NCBI GenBank assembly: GCA_038901875.1
Contig: JBCKPE010000001.1
Coordinates: 17,199 to 81,198, forward strand
Direction: 5' to 3'
DNA: 64,000 nucleotides
DNA from: Burkholderiaceae bacterium
GTDB lineage: Bacteria; Pseudomonadota; Gammaproteobacteria; Burkholderiales; Burkholderiaceae_C
The notes beneath the pieces were generated by a model. That model made no database searches. It was not told the DNA's origin and was given only the letters and a program-made list of their open reading frames with translations. Below, one piece after another: positions 20,571-29,697 of this stretch. The stretch's first letter is position 1. Each line of letters starts with the position of its first letter. The translations under genes and the position numbers were made by a program.

Positions 20571-21551
20571 TTGTCTTCATTGTCCAATCAATCCCCTGAA
20601 ATCGGCCTTATCGCCGACGACATGAAGCAAGTTGATCGGCTCATCGCCGAGCGACTGTCAACAAGCGTTCCCCTGATCGGGCAAGTCTCTAGTTACATCA
20701 TTTCCTCGGGAGGCAAACGCCTGCGACCGGCACTGCTGCTCCTGACCTGCGGCGCACTGGACTACCGCGGCACGGACCGCTTCACGCTGGCCGCGGTGGT
20801 CGAATTCATCCACACAGCCACCCTGCTGCACGATGACGTCGTTGACGAGTCCACGCTGCGGCGCGGTCGCGCCACCGCCAATAAGCTGTTTGGAAATTCT
20901 GCCAGTGTGCTGGTCGGTGATTATCTTTATTCGCGCGCCTTCCAGATGATGGTCACGGCACAGAACATGCGCGTCATGGCGATCCTTGCGGACGCAACCA
21001 ACGTCATTTCCGAAGGCGAAGTACAGCAACTTTTGAACATGCGCGATGCCGATCTTGACGAGCAAGGCTACCTCCATGTGATTCGCTGCAAGACGGCCAA
21101 GCTGTTCGAGGCGAGTGCCCGCTTGGGTGCCGTGTTGGCCAGGAGCACTTCGCATGTCGAGCAGGCTTGTGCCGACTACGGGCAGGCGCTGGGAACAGCG
21201 TTTCAGGTGATCGACGATGTTCTCGACTATGACGGCGACGTCAGCACAATGGGAAAGAATTTGGGAGACGACTTGCGTGAAGGCAAGGTGACGCTGCCAG
21301 TCATTGTCGCGATGCAACGCAGTTCACCGAAGGATCGCGACACCATTCGGAAGGCCGTTTTGGCCGGGAACGGCACGGCCCTGCATCAAGTGATTTCACT
21401 TGTCAGAAGCACCGGAGCCATTCAGGCGTCGCGCGCTGCCGCGGCACGCGAAGCCGAGCGGGCTTTGCAGGCATTGGGTCCGCTTTCCGACTCTGCATAC
21501 AAACGCTGTTTGCTACAATTGGCGGATCAACTGCTCGACAGGCGCTCCTGA
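20571..21551 (+). CDS. ispB: Octaprenyl diphosphate synthase (trans-polyprenyl diphosphate synthase)
   Basis: Two Asp-rich motifs, LLHDDVVDES and FQVIDDVLDY. Divergent from rplU as in many proteobacteria. Non-ATG start, and a TATAAT at 20531-20536 upstream. Confidence 0.92.
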   Translation: MSSLSNQSPEIGLIADDMKQVDRLIAERLSTSVPLIGQVSSYIISSGGKRLRPALLLLTCGALDYRGTDRFTLAAVVEFIHTATLLHDDVVDESTLRRGRATANKLFGNSASVLVGDYLYSRAFQMMVTAQNMRVMAILADATNVISEGEVQQLLNMRDADLDEQGYLHVIRCKTAKLFEASARLGAVLARSTSHVEQACADYGQALGTAFQVIDDVLDYDGDVSTMGKNLGDDLREGKVTLPVIVAMQRSSPKDRDTIRKAVLAGNGTALHQVISLVRSTGAIQASRAAAAREAERALQALGPLSDSAYKRCLLQLADQLLDRRS

Positions 21552-21577
21552 TGTTCATGGGATCGCCCGCTGCAATT

Positions 21578-21654
21578 CGGGGTGTAGCTTAGCCTGGTAG
21601 AGCGCTACGTTCGGGACGTAGAGGCCGGAGGTTCGAATCCTCTCACCCCGACCA
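21578..21654 (+). tRNA. tRNA-Pro (anticodon CGG)
   Basis: Hand-folded 77-nt cloverleaf. Acceptor CGGGGTG/CACCCCG, anticodon stem CTACG/CGTAG with loop TTCGGGA, T-loop TTCGAAT, and an encoded 3' CCA. Confidence 0.93.
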
Positions 21655-21786
21655 AGCGCCTGGCTCAGCAGCTTGCCGCCGGCAGCCGATTCCCGTCGTG
21701 TCGTTGCACCTGGGGCGCAAGGAGTTCCTCGGCGTTTCAGCATGTTAGGATGACATTTATCCTTTGGCTGGGTACCATTGCCGTCC

Positions 21787-23523
21787 ATGGCTGCTGTCGA
21801 TTCCGTCACCAATGAAGCTCCAACCCTTGCCCTTCCGGGACTCGGACGAGCACTGATCGCGGCGGGCAAGCTCGCCCAAAAATCTGCGGAAGAAATCTAC
21901 AAGAAGGCGAAGACCAATCGGAACAGCTTTATTGCCGAGTTGATCGGCTCCGGCACCGTCTCGGTCAGCGATCTGGCGCATACCATGTCCACCGCGTTCG
22001 CGGCACCGTTGCTGGATCTGGATGCCATCGACTTGCAAAGGCTGCCGAAGGGGCTGCTCGACCCCAAGATCTGCCGGACCTATCGGATTGTTGTCCTCAG
22101 CAAGCGCAACAACCGCCTGATCGTTGCAACCGCCGATCCTTCGGATCATGAAGCGGCGGAGAAAATTCGGTTCGCCACCCAGATGGGGGTGGATTGGGTC
22201 ATTGCCGAGTACGACAAGCTGGCCAAGGCGGCCGAGGCCAGCGCGGCGAGCGCCGCCGAATCTGTTGAAGGGATCATCGGCGAAGACTTCGAGTTTGACG
22301 AGGGCATGGCCGAGGCCGCGCTGTCCGACGCGGAAGAGGCGGTCGTTGCCGAGGTCGAGGATGCGCCAGTCGTCAAGTTCCTGCACAAGATGCTGCTGGA
22401 CGCTTTCGGCATGCGTGCGTCAGACCTGCATTTTGAGCCCTACGAGCACACCTACCGCGTCCGTTTCAGGGTTGACGGCGAGCTTCGGGAGATTGCGTCG
22501 CCGCCGATCGCCATCAAGGACAAGCTGGTTTCCCGCATCAAGGTCATTTCCAAGCTGGACATCTCGGAGAAACGCATTCCGCAAGACGGAAAGATGAAGC
22601 TGAAGATCGGGCCCGATCGAGTCATCGACTTTCGCGTCAGCACATTGCCCACGCTGTTTGGAGAGAAGGTCGTGATTCGTATTCTCGACCCGAGCAGCGC
22701 CAGGCTGGGCATCGATGCGCTTGGTTATGACCCGATCGAGAAAGAGCGCTTGATGACCGCGGTGCATCGCCCGTACGGCATGATTCTTGTCACCGGCCCG
22801 ACCGGTTCGGGGAAGACCGTTTCTCTCTACACCTGTCTGAACATTCTGAATACGCCGGGCGTGAATATCTCGACCGCGGAAGATCCTTCCGAGATCACCA
22901 TGCCGGGCATCAACCAAGTCAATGTCAATGACAAGGCCGGCCTGACCTTTGCAGCGGCCCTGAAATCGTTCCTGCGCCAAGACCCAGACGTCATCATGGT
23001 CGGCGAGATTCGCGATCTGGAGACAGCAGACATTGCCATCAAGGCGGCGCAGACCGGCCACATGGTGCTTTCGACATTGCACACGAACGATGCGCCGGCG
23101 ACGTTGACGCGTTTGCGAAACATGGGAATTGCACCATTCAATATTGCCTCAAGCGTCATCTTGATCACGGCGCAGCGGCTGGCGCGCCGCTTATGTCCCA
23201 ACTGCAAGACGCCGGCAGACATCCCGGGCGAGACCTTGATTGAAGCCGGCTTCACGGAAGAAGACATTGATGGCACATGGACGACTTACCGCCCGGTCGG
23301 CTGCTCCATGTGCAACAACGGTTACAAGGGTCGGGTCGGCATCTATCAGGTGATGCCGATCAACGAGGACATGCAAAGAATCATCTTGGCCGACGGGAAC
23401 GCGCTGGAGATCGCGAAGCAGGCGGAAAAGGACGGCGTCCGCAGCCTGCGCCAATCCGGACTCGCCAAGGTTCGTGCCGGATTGACTTCCCTGGAAGAAG
23501 TCGTTGCCGTGACCAACGTCTGA
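21787..23523 (+). CDS. pilB: Type IV pilus assembly ATPase
   Basis: N-terminal T2SSE_N-like domain, Walker A GPTGSGKTVS, Walker B/His box, tetracysteine CPNC...CSMC. First ATG at 21787. Confidence 0.94.
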   Translation: MAAVDSVTNEAPTLALPGLGRALIAAGKLAQKSAEEIYKKAKTNRNSFIAELIGSGTVSVSDLAHTMSTAFAAPLLDLDAIDLQRLPKGLLDPKICRTYRIVVLSKRNNRLIVATADPSDHEAAEKIRFATQMGVDWVIAEYDKLAKAAEASAASAAESVEGIIGEDFEFDEGMAEAALSDAEEAVVAEVEDAPVVKFLHKMLLDAFGMRASDLHFEPYEHTYRVRFRVDGELREIASPPIAIKDKLVSRIKVISKLDISEKRIPQDGKMKLKIGPDRVIDFRVSTLPTLFGEKVVIRILDPSSARLGIDALGYDPIEKERLMTAVHRPYGMILVTGPTGSGKTVSLYTCLNILNTPGVNISTAEDPSEITMPGINQVNVNDKAGLTFAAALKSFLRQDPDVIMVGEIRDLETADIAIKAAQTGHMVLSTLHTNDAPATLTRLRNMGIAPFNIASSVILITAQRLARRLCPNCKTPADIPGETLIEAGFTEEDIDGTWTTYRPVGCSMCNNGYKGRVGIYQVMPINEDMQRIILADGNALEIAKQAEKDGVRSLRQSGLAKVRAGLTSLEEVVAVTNV

Positions 23524-23549
23524 GCAACTCCTAAGGACACAAGAACGAT

Positions 23550-24764
23550 ATGGCCACTGCTGCGAGAAACGTCAAGGACTTCGTGTTCGAATGGGAGGGG
23601 AAGGATCGCAACGGGAGGGTGGTGCGGGGGGAAGTCCGCGCCGTTGGCGAGAATCAGGTACAGGCCTCGCTGCGTCGCCAGGGCGTGCTTCCGACAAAAA
23701 TCAAGAAACGCCGCTCCGGGGCGGGCAAGTCCATCAAGCCCAAGGACCTGGCGATTTTCACCAGGCAGCTGGCGACCATGATGAAAGCCGGCGTGCCCCT
23801 GCTGCAATCTTTCGACATTGTTGGCCGCGGCAATGCGAATCCAAGGATGACCAAGCTGCTCAGCGACATCAAGATGGATGTTGAAACCGGAACGTCTCTC
23901 AGTTCTGCGTTTCGAAAGTTCCCGATGTATTTCGACAATCTCTATTGCAACCTGATCGAGGCCGGTGAGGCCGCCGGTATTCTCGAGGCCCTGCTGGATC
24001 GACTCGCCACCTACATGGAGAAAACTGAAGCCATCAAGTCGAAGATCAAGTCGGCCTTGATGTACCCGATCTCGGTGCTGGTGGTGGCTTTTGTCGTCGT
24101 TGCCGTCATCATGATTTTTGTCATCCCCGCGTTCAAGAGCGTATTCGCAAACTTTGGCGCCGACCTGCCGGCGCCAACGCTCTTTGTGATCGCGATCAGC
24201 GAGGTTTTCGTTGCCTACTGGTGGCTGATTTTTGGTGGCATTGGAAGCACCCTCTACTTCTTGAACCAGGCCTGGAAAAGAAATGAAAAGGTCCAGCGCT
24301 TCATGGACCGCGTCATGCTAAAGATCCCGATTTTCGGCACGTTGATCGAAAAATCCTGCATTGCCCGCTGGACGCGAACACTGTCAACCATGTTCGCGGC
24401 CGGGGTGCCTCTGGTCGAGGCGCTTGACTCCGTGGGTGGCGCCGCCGGAAACTCCGTTTACACCATTGCCACGACCAAGATTCAGCAGGAGGTCTCCACC
24501 GGCACCAGCCTGACGGCGGCCATGACGGGCGTCAACATTTTTCCCAGCATGGTCCTGCAGATGTGCGCCATCGGGGAGGAGTCAGGATCGATCGATCACA
24601 TGCTTGGCAAGGCTGCGGATTTCTACGAGTCGGAAGTCGACGACATGGTGGCCGGCCTGTCCAGCCTGATGGAACCCATCATCATCACTGTTCTAGGAAC
24701 GATTGTCGGAGGCATCGTGGTTTCGATGTATCTCCCAATCTTCAAGCTCGGCGCAGTCGTCTAG
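23550..24764 (+). CDS. pilC: Type IV pilus inner-membrane platform protein
   Basis: 404 aa with duplicated T2SSF domains and 3 TM segments. Located between pilB and pilD. Confidence 0.93.
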   Translation: MATAARNVKDFVFEWEGKDRNGRVVRGEVRAVGENQVQASLRRQGVLPTKIKKRRSGAGKSIKPKDLAIFTRQLATMMKAGVPLLQSFDIVGRGNANPRMTKLLSDIKMDVETGTSLSSAFRKFPMYFDNLYCNLIEAGEAAGILEALLDRLATYMEKTEAIKSKIKSALMYPISVLVVAFVVVAVIMIFVIPAFKSVFANFGADLPAPTLFVIAISEVFVAYWWLIFGGIGSTLYFLNQAWKRNEKVQRFMDRVMLKIPIFGTLIEKSCIARWTRTLSTMFAAGVPLVEALDSVGGAAGNSVYTIATTKIQQEVSTGTSLTAAMTGVNIFPSMVLQMCAIGEESGSIDHMLGKAADFYESEVDDMVAGLSSLMEPIIITVLGTIVGGIVVSMYLPIFKLGAVV

Positions 24765-24773
24765 TTTCGCAAG

Positions 24774-25634
24774 ATGCAGGAATTGCATCTGGTTGAAGTC
24801 GGCCTGGCGGCTCTGGCAGGTCTGGTGATCGGAAGCTTTCTCAATGTCGTGATTCACCGGCTGCCAAAGTTGCTGGAACGGCAGTGGGCGGCTGACTGTG
24901 CGGACCATGCTGGTACCGAGGCGCCACAGCAGGAGGCGCTCAGTCTTTGGCGCCCGAAATCCCGTTGCCCTGCGTGCGGCAACCCGATCCGCTGGTATCA
25001 GAACGTGCCTTTGCTCAGCTTTGCCTTGCTGAAAGGCAAGTGCTCCGCATGCAGCGCCAGCATCAGTCTGCGCTACCCGCTGGTCGAACTGTTGTCGGCG
25101 GCGGTTTTTGCTCTTTGCGTCGAACGATGGGGCGTGTCCCCGGTGGCCCTTATCTGGATCACATTTGCCTGTTTTTTGATCTGCCAATTCTGGATTGATT
25201 TCGACACGGGTTATTTGCCCGATGACTTGAACTACCCGCTCCTATGGCTGGGCCTGTTGTCCGCCGCCATGGATTGGACCATCGCTCTCTCGTCCGCGGT
25301 TTGGGGCGCCGCCTTGGGCTATCTCATCCTTTGGAGCTTCTTTCATTTGTACCGTCTTCTGACGGGCAAGGAAGGCATGGGACATGGCGACTTCAAGCTG
25401 ATGTCCGCGCTTGGGGCCTGGTTCGGCGTGGAGTATCTGTTGGCCATCATCCTCATGTCCACCGCCGTCGGCTCTTTGCTCGGAGTCGTCATGCTCGCCA
25501 TCGGAAAAATCGCGCACAAGGATATTCCAATCAAGTTCGGCCCTTTTCTTGCTGGCGCCGGCTTGCTTTGCATGGCGATTGGACCCGATGTGTTGCGCCG
25601 TGCCGTCCCATTTTTCTTTCCCCTTTCGCCGTAG
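24774..25634 (+). CDS. pilD: Prepilin peptidase / N-methyltransferase (A24 family)
   Basis: 286 aa. Cys pairs CPACGNPI...CSACS in the cytoplasmic loop and a multi-TM aspartyl peptidase core (GHGDFKLM). Confidence 0.92.
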   Translation: MQELHLVEVGLAALAGLVIGSFLNVVIHRLPKLLERQWAADCADHAGTEAPQQEALSLWRPKSRCPACGNPIRWYQNVPLLSFALLKGKCSACSASISLRYPLVELLSAAVFALCVERWGVSPVALIWITFACFLICQFWIDFDTGYLPDDLNYPLLWLGLLSAAMDWTIALSSAVWGAALGYLILWSFFHLYRLLTGKEGMGHGDFKLMSALGAWFGVEYLLAIILMSTAVGSLLGVVMLAIGKIAHKDIPIKFGPFLAGAGLLCMAIGPDVLRRAVPFFFPLSP

Positions 25635-26248
25635 TGGCCAGCACCGTTGCTCGCAGGATTGGCCTCACTGGAGGCATTGGCAGCGGAAAGAGCATGGTCG
25701 CGGCTCTGCTGACCCATCGTGGCGCCGTGGTCGTCGATGCTGACGCCATCTCTCGTGCTGCGACAGCGGCTGGCGGCACAGCCATTCCCGCCATTGTTGC
25801 GGCGTTTGGCAGCGAATATATCCAGACCGACGGCGCCATGGACCGGGACCGCATGAGATCGATCGCATTTTCTGATCGAGAGGTCAGAATAAGACTTGAA
25901 AACATCATTCACCCCATCGTGGGCGCAGAAATCAATCGCCAATCGAACGAAGCATTGGCCCGCGGCGCGCGCTGCGTCGTCGTTGAGATTCCGCTGCTGG
26001 TCGAGTCTTCCCGTTGGCGTGCGCTGCTGCACCGCATTGTTACGGTCGATTGTTCGATGGACGAACAGGTGCGACGCGTAGTCCTGCGCAGTGGCATGAC
26101 CGAAAGCGACGCCAGAAGGATCATCGCCGCCCAAGCAAGCCGCGAGAGCCGATTGTTGGCATCCGATCTTGTCATCCAGAATGACCGCGGCTCAATGATT
26201 TCGTTGCAGCTTCAGGTTGATCAGGTGGCGGATTTCCTCGGGCTATGA
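25634..26248 (+). CDS. coaE: Dephospho-CoA kinase
   Basis: GTG at 25634 overlaps the pilD TAG stop by 1 nt. P-loop IGLTGGIGSGKS lies close to the N-terminus. The 334-aa track ORF is an upstream out-of-frame read-through over pilD. Confidence 0.88.
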   Translation: MASTVARRIGLTGGIGSGKSMVAALLTHRGAVVVDADAISRAATAAGGTAIPAIVAAFGSEYIQTDGAMDRDRMRSIAFSDREVRIRLENIIHPIVGAEINRQSNEALARGARCVVVEIPLLVESSRWRALLHRIVTVDCSMDEQVRRVVLRSGMTESDARRIIAAQASRESRLLASDLVIQNDRGSMISLQLQVDQVADFLGL

Positions 26249-26269
26249 TTGAATCACTGGAAGGCCAGC

Positions 26270-27025
26270 GTGACCCTGTACGAATACCCGTTTAATGAAC
26301 GCATCCGGACCTACTTGCGGTTGGAACATTTGTTTCGGCGCCTCGGGATCCTGGTCCCCAGGGACCATCCGCTGGATCACCACTACGCAATCGCAACACT
26401 GTTTGAGGCCATGGAGGTCGCGGCCCGGGCAGATCTGAAATCCGACCTGTTGCGTGATCTAGATCGGCAGCGACAGCTTTTGAACTCGTACCGCGGCAAC
26501 CCAGCCATCTCGGAAACCGCCCTTGAGCAGGTCATGCAGCAACTCGACGGCTGTTTCTCTTCCCTGAACGCCTTGCCTGGAAAGGCCGGACAGTCCCTCG
26601 CCGAGAATGAATGGTTGATGGGGATCCGAAGCAGAATTGGAATCCCCGCGGGCACGTGTGAGTTTGATCTGCCCTCCTACTTTGCCTGGCAACAGTCGGA
26701 CGCGGGCAGCAGGCGGCGCGATGTCGAGGGCTGGGCCAGCACCATGGGACCGCTGGCTGAATCGATTCATGTCCTGATGAAACTCCTCAGGGACTCGGGT
26801 ACGCCGCAAAAGGTGATGACCCATGGCGGACAATTTCAACAGAAGTTGGCCGAAGGAAAGACATATCAATTGTTGCGCCTGAGGATTGATGCCGCGCTTG
26901 GGTTGATTCCCGAGATCAGCGGCAATCGGCTCATTGTCTCGGTTCGCCTGATGCGCCATGAAGAGGATGGCCGCTTGCGCGCCGCAACCGCAGACGCCGG
27001 TTTCGAATTGGCACTTTGCTCCTGA
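26270..27025 (+). CDS. zapD: Cell division protein ZapD
   Basis: N-terminus (V/M)TLYEYPFNERIRTYLRLEHLF is typical of ZapD. GTG at 26270 preceded by GGAAGG; an alternative TTG lies at 26249. coaE-zapD synteny as in E. coli. Confidence 0.88.
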   Translation: MTLYEYPFNERIRTYLRLEHLFRRLGILVPRDHPLDHHYAIATLFEAMEVAARADLKSDLLRDLDRQRQLLNSYRGNPAISETALEQVMQQLDGCFSSLNALPGKAGQSLAENEWLMGIRSRIGIPAGTCEFDLPSYFAWQQSDAGSRRRDVEGWASTMGPLAESIHVLMKLLRDSGTPQKVMTHGGQFQQKLAEGKTYQLLRLRIDAALGLIPEISGNRLIVSVRLMRHEEDGRLRAATADAGFELALCS

Positions 27026-27032
27026 CGAAGAG

Positions 27033-27524
27033 CTAACGCGTCAGGGAACTCTCCGCGCCGATCCAATCCAGTACCGGTGACGCCCCCGGTAATATCGGCC
27101 CCACGCTGACCGGTAGTGTCTGCCAGGCATAAGACTGCAACTCATTCATCTTGAGATCGCCGGACCACGACGAAACCTTGACGAAGTGAAGTCTGACCAG
27201 CGCGTGCGGATAGTCCACGCACTGCACCTTCCATCTCTGCATCCCTTGGACCAGGACGCCAAGCTCCTCCAGCAGTTCGCGACGCAGCGCATGCTCGACC
27301 GTTTCCCCGCGCTCAATCTTTCCACCCGGAAATTCCCAGTAACCGGCGTAGACCTTGCCACGCGGACGCGTGGTCATCAGGAATTCTCGCCCGGTTCTCC
27401 AGAGGATGCCAACGGCCACGTCGACTGGATGCCGGGGCTCTCCCAGAGATCGTGGCAACTCCTTGTCAGCGATCAGGACATGGTCGGCGCTGGTCCCCTT
27501 GACAGACTCAAAAACAGGCTGCAA
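27033..27524 (-). CDS. Nudix hydrolase, MutT-like (8-oxo-dGTP diphosphatase family)
   Basis: Nudix box [24 protein letters not shown]. Sits in the position mutT occupies near secA in E. coli. Confidence 0.8.
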   Translation of the reverse strand: MQPVFESVKGTSADHVLIADKELPRSLGEPRHPVDVAVGILWRTGREFLMTTRPRGKVYAGYWEFPGGKIERGETVEHALRRELLEELGVLVQGMQRWKVQCVDYPHALVRLHFVKVSSWSGDLKMNELQSYAWQTLPVSVGPILPGASPVLDWIGAESSLTR

Positions 27525-27541
27525 CGGTCGATTCCTCGGTC

Positions 27542-28435
27542 TTAGCGGGCACAGTCATGATGACTGGCAAAGTCACGGGCAAACTGGCAGGCTACGCGCC
27601 CGCTCCGTGAGCCTCGCTGCAAAGCCCAGAGCAGCGCTTTCGATCGGGCAGCGTCAGCCGATGCGGCGTCGACACCAAATGACTCCAGCCACTGCGCAAC
27701 GATGTTCAGGTATTCGTCTTGATCGAAAGGATAGAAGCTGACCCATAGCCCGAAACGTTCCGACAGGGAAGTCTTTTCCTCGACCACCTCGCCTGGATGC
27801 ACTTCACCATCCGCGGCGTGCTGGTAACTCAAGTTCTCCGACATGTACTCCGGAAGCAGATGCCGACGATTGCTGGTGGCGTAGATCAAGACATTCTGCG
27901 TCGTCGCAGCCACCGATCCATCGAGCACTGACTTGAGTTCCTTGTAGCCAGGCTCCCCCTCTTCAAAGCTGAGATCGTCGCAGAACACAATGAACCGCTC
28001 CGGTCGGTCGGCGACGACGTCAATGAGATCGGGCAGGTCAATCAGATCCGTCTTCTCAACCTCGATCAATCGGAGGCCTTGCGCGGCGAATTCATTCAGG
28101 CAGGCCTTGATCAGCGAAGACTTGCCGGTGCCCCGCGCTCCAGTCAACAGCACGTTGTTGGCGGGTCGGCCCGCCACAAACATCGACGTGTTCTCGGTGA
28201 CCCGGTGCTTCTGAACTTCGATTTCCTTCAGGTCAGCCAGCCGGATTGGCGCAATGTGCCGCACCGGCTCGAGCGTCCCATGGCCACTGCTGCGCTTTCG
28301 ATAGCGGTAGGCAATGGATTTGCTCCAATCGGGTGGCGCCAGGGGTTGCGGAAGAATCGACTCGATTTTTCCCAGCAGTGCCTCAGCGCGCGCCAGAAAG
28401 GACTCAAGTTCGCGACTCATGGCATCCGACTCCAT
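27542..28435 (-). CDS. ATP-binding protein, DUF815/AAA-type
   Basis: Walker [14 protein letters not shown] and Walker [11 protein letters not shown]. 297 aa. Function unknown. Confidence 0.75.
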   Translation of the reverse strand: MESDAMSRELESFLARAEALLGKIESILPQPLAPPDWSKSIAYRYRKRSSGHGTLEPVRHIAPIRLADLKEIEVQKHRVTENTSMFVAGRPANNVLLTGARGTGKSSLIKACLNEFAAQGLRLIEVEKTDLIDLPDLIDVVADRPERFIVFCDDLSFEEGEPGYKELKSVLDGSVAATTQNVLIYATSNRRHLLPEYMSENLSYQHAADGEVHPGEVVEEKTSLSERFGLWVSFYPFDQDEYLNIVAQWLESFGVDAASADAARSKALLWALQRGSRSGRVACQFARDFASHHDCAR

Positions 28436-29676
28436 CAGGACCGGTAGTCAGCGTTGATCGAGACATAGTCGTGACTCAAATCACATGTCCACACGGTATC
28501 GCTGGCCTGCCCGCGGCCCAATCCAACGCGTACCTCAATTTCGCTTTGTGCCATGACACGTCGCCCATCCTCTTCACGATAGTCGGGGTGGCGCGCGCCC
28601 TTGGAGGCGACATGAACCTGATCCAGATGAAGGTCGATCCGGGTTGGGTCCAAATCGTCAATTCCGGCATAACCAACCGCGGCAAGAATTCTCCCAAGAT
28701 TGGGATCACTGGCAAAGAACGCGGTTTTCACCAGCGGTGAGTGCGCGATGGCATAAGCGACCAATCGACATTCTTCACCGGTGCGCCCGCCCTCCACCTT
28801 GACCGTGATGAACTTGGTCGCCCCTTCGGCGTCGCGGACGATCGCATGGGCCAGGTTTCTCGCCACCGCCATCAGTGCATCCTTGAGTTTTTGGCCATCG
28901 CCGCTTGCGAACGAGGCAATGCGTTCATGCTGTGCTCGGTTCGTTGCAATCAACACAAAGGAGTCATTGGTCGACGTATCACCATCCACCGTCACCCGAT
29001 TGAAGGAGGATTCCGCCAGGTCAAGTGTCAATTGATGCAACGCATCGGCGTCGACCTGAGCGTCCATTGCAATGAATCCAAGCATGGTTGCCATGTTGGG
29101 GCGAATCATGCCGGCACCCTTGCTGATGCCGGTGATGTGAACCGGCGTCGCCGCAGGGTCAGGCCCGAGAAGGACGCGCGCGCTGAATGCCTTGGGCTGG
29201 GTGTCGGTGGTCATGATGGCTCGAGCCGCAACGAGCCAATTGTCCTCGCGCAGTCCTGCCAATGCGGCCGGCAAACCGGCTTGAATGCGCTCCAGCGGAA
29301 GCGGTTCCATGATGACCCCGGTCGAAAAGGGTAGCACCTGCTCGGTCTCGATACCCAGATGGCCAGCCAGCGCAACACAGCTCAATCGGGCGCGCCGCAG
29401 GCCCTCTGCGCCAGTCCCGGCGTTCGCGTTTCCCGTGTTGACAAGAATCGCCCGCACCGCTGACTTGGCCGCCAGGTGCTGTCGGCACAGCTGCACCGGC
29501 GCGGCGCAGAACCGGTTGCGCGTAAACACCCCGCTGACCTGGGCGCCCGCATCAAGCGCCATGACCATCAGATCGTCTCGACCGGCTTTGCGAATGCCGG
29601 CCTGCGCCACCCCTATGCGCACGCCGGGTATGGCATGAAGCTGCTTCGGATCAGGTATCGCCAGATTGACCGCCAT
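28435..29676 (-). CDS. argJ: Bifunctional glutamate N-acetyltransferase / amino-acid acetyltransferase
   Basis: Start at ATG 29676 ([10 protein letters not shown]). Autoproteolytic site context [11 protein letters not shown]-terminus [15 protein letters not shown]. Confidence 0.94.
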   Translation of the reverse strand: MAVNLAIPDPKQLHAIPGVRIGVAQAGIRKAGRDDLMVMALDAGAQVSGVFTRNRFCAAPVQLCRQHLAAKSAVRAILVNTGNANAGTGAEGLRRARLSCVALAGHLGIETEQVLPFSTGVIMEPLPLERIQAGLPAALAGLREDNWLVAARAIMTTDTQPKAFSARVLLGPDPAATPVHITGISKGAGMIRPNMATMLGFIAMDAQVDADALHQLTLDLAESSFNRVTVDGDTSTNDSFVLIATNRAQHERIASFASGDGQKLKDALMAVARNLAHAIVRDAEGATKFITVKVEGGRTGEECRLVAYAIAHSPLVKTAFFASDPNLGRILAAVGYAGIDDLDPTRIDLHLDQVHVASKGARHPDYREEDGRRVMAQSEIEVRVGLGRGQASDTVWTCDLSHDYVSINADYRS

Positions 29677-29697
29677 GCCCCTTTGCTCCAATGAAAC

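Noticed and set aside
21755-21775. Sigma-54-like TGGC...TTGC motif (TGGCTGGGTACCATTGC) upstream of pilB.
   Set aside because: The GG-to-GC spacing is 2 nt longer than the strict -24/-12 consensus (TGGCAC-N5-TTGC), so it is unlikely to be an RpoN promoter.
21578-21786. Possible genomic island or integrase at tRNA-Pro (21578-21654) and at tRNA-Thr (33947-34022).
   Set aside because: Both tRNAs are flanked immediately by core genes (ispB/pilB and DUF721/sspB). There is no integrase, no obvious duplicated tRNA 3' end and no compositional shift.
27026-27032. Expected a small yacG (DNA gyrase inhibitor) gene after zapD, as in E. coli coaE-zapD-yacG-mutT.
   Set aside because: Only 7 nt separate zapD from the convergent Nudix gene. 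There is no room for yacG, so it is absent from this locus rather than hidden.
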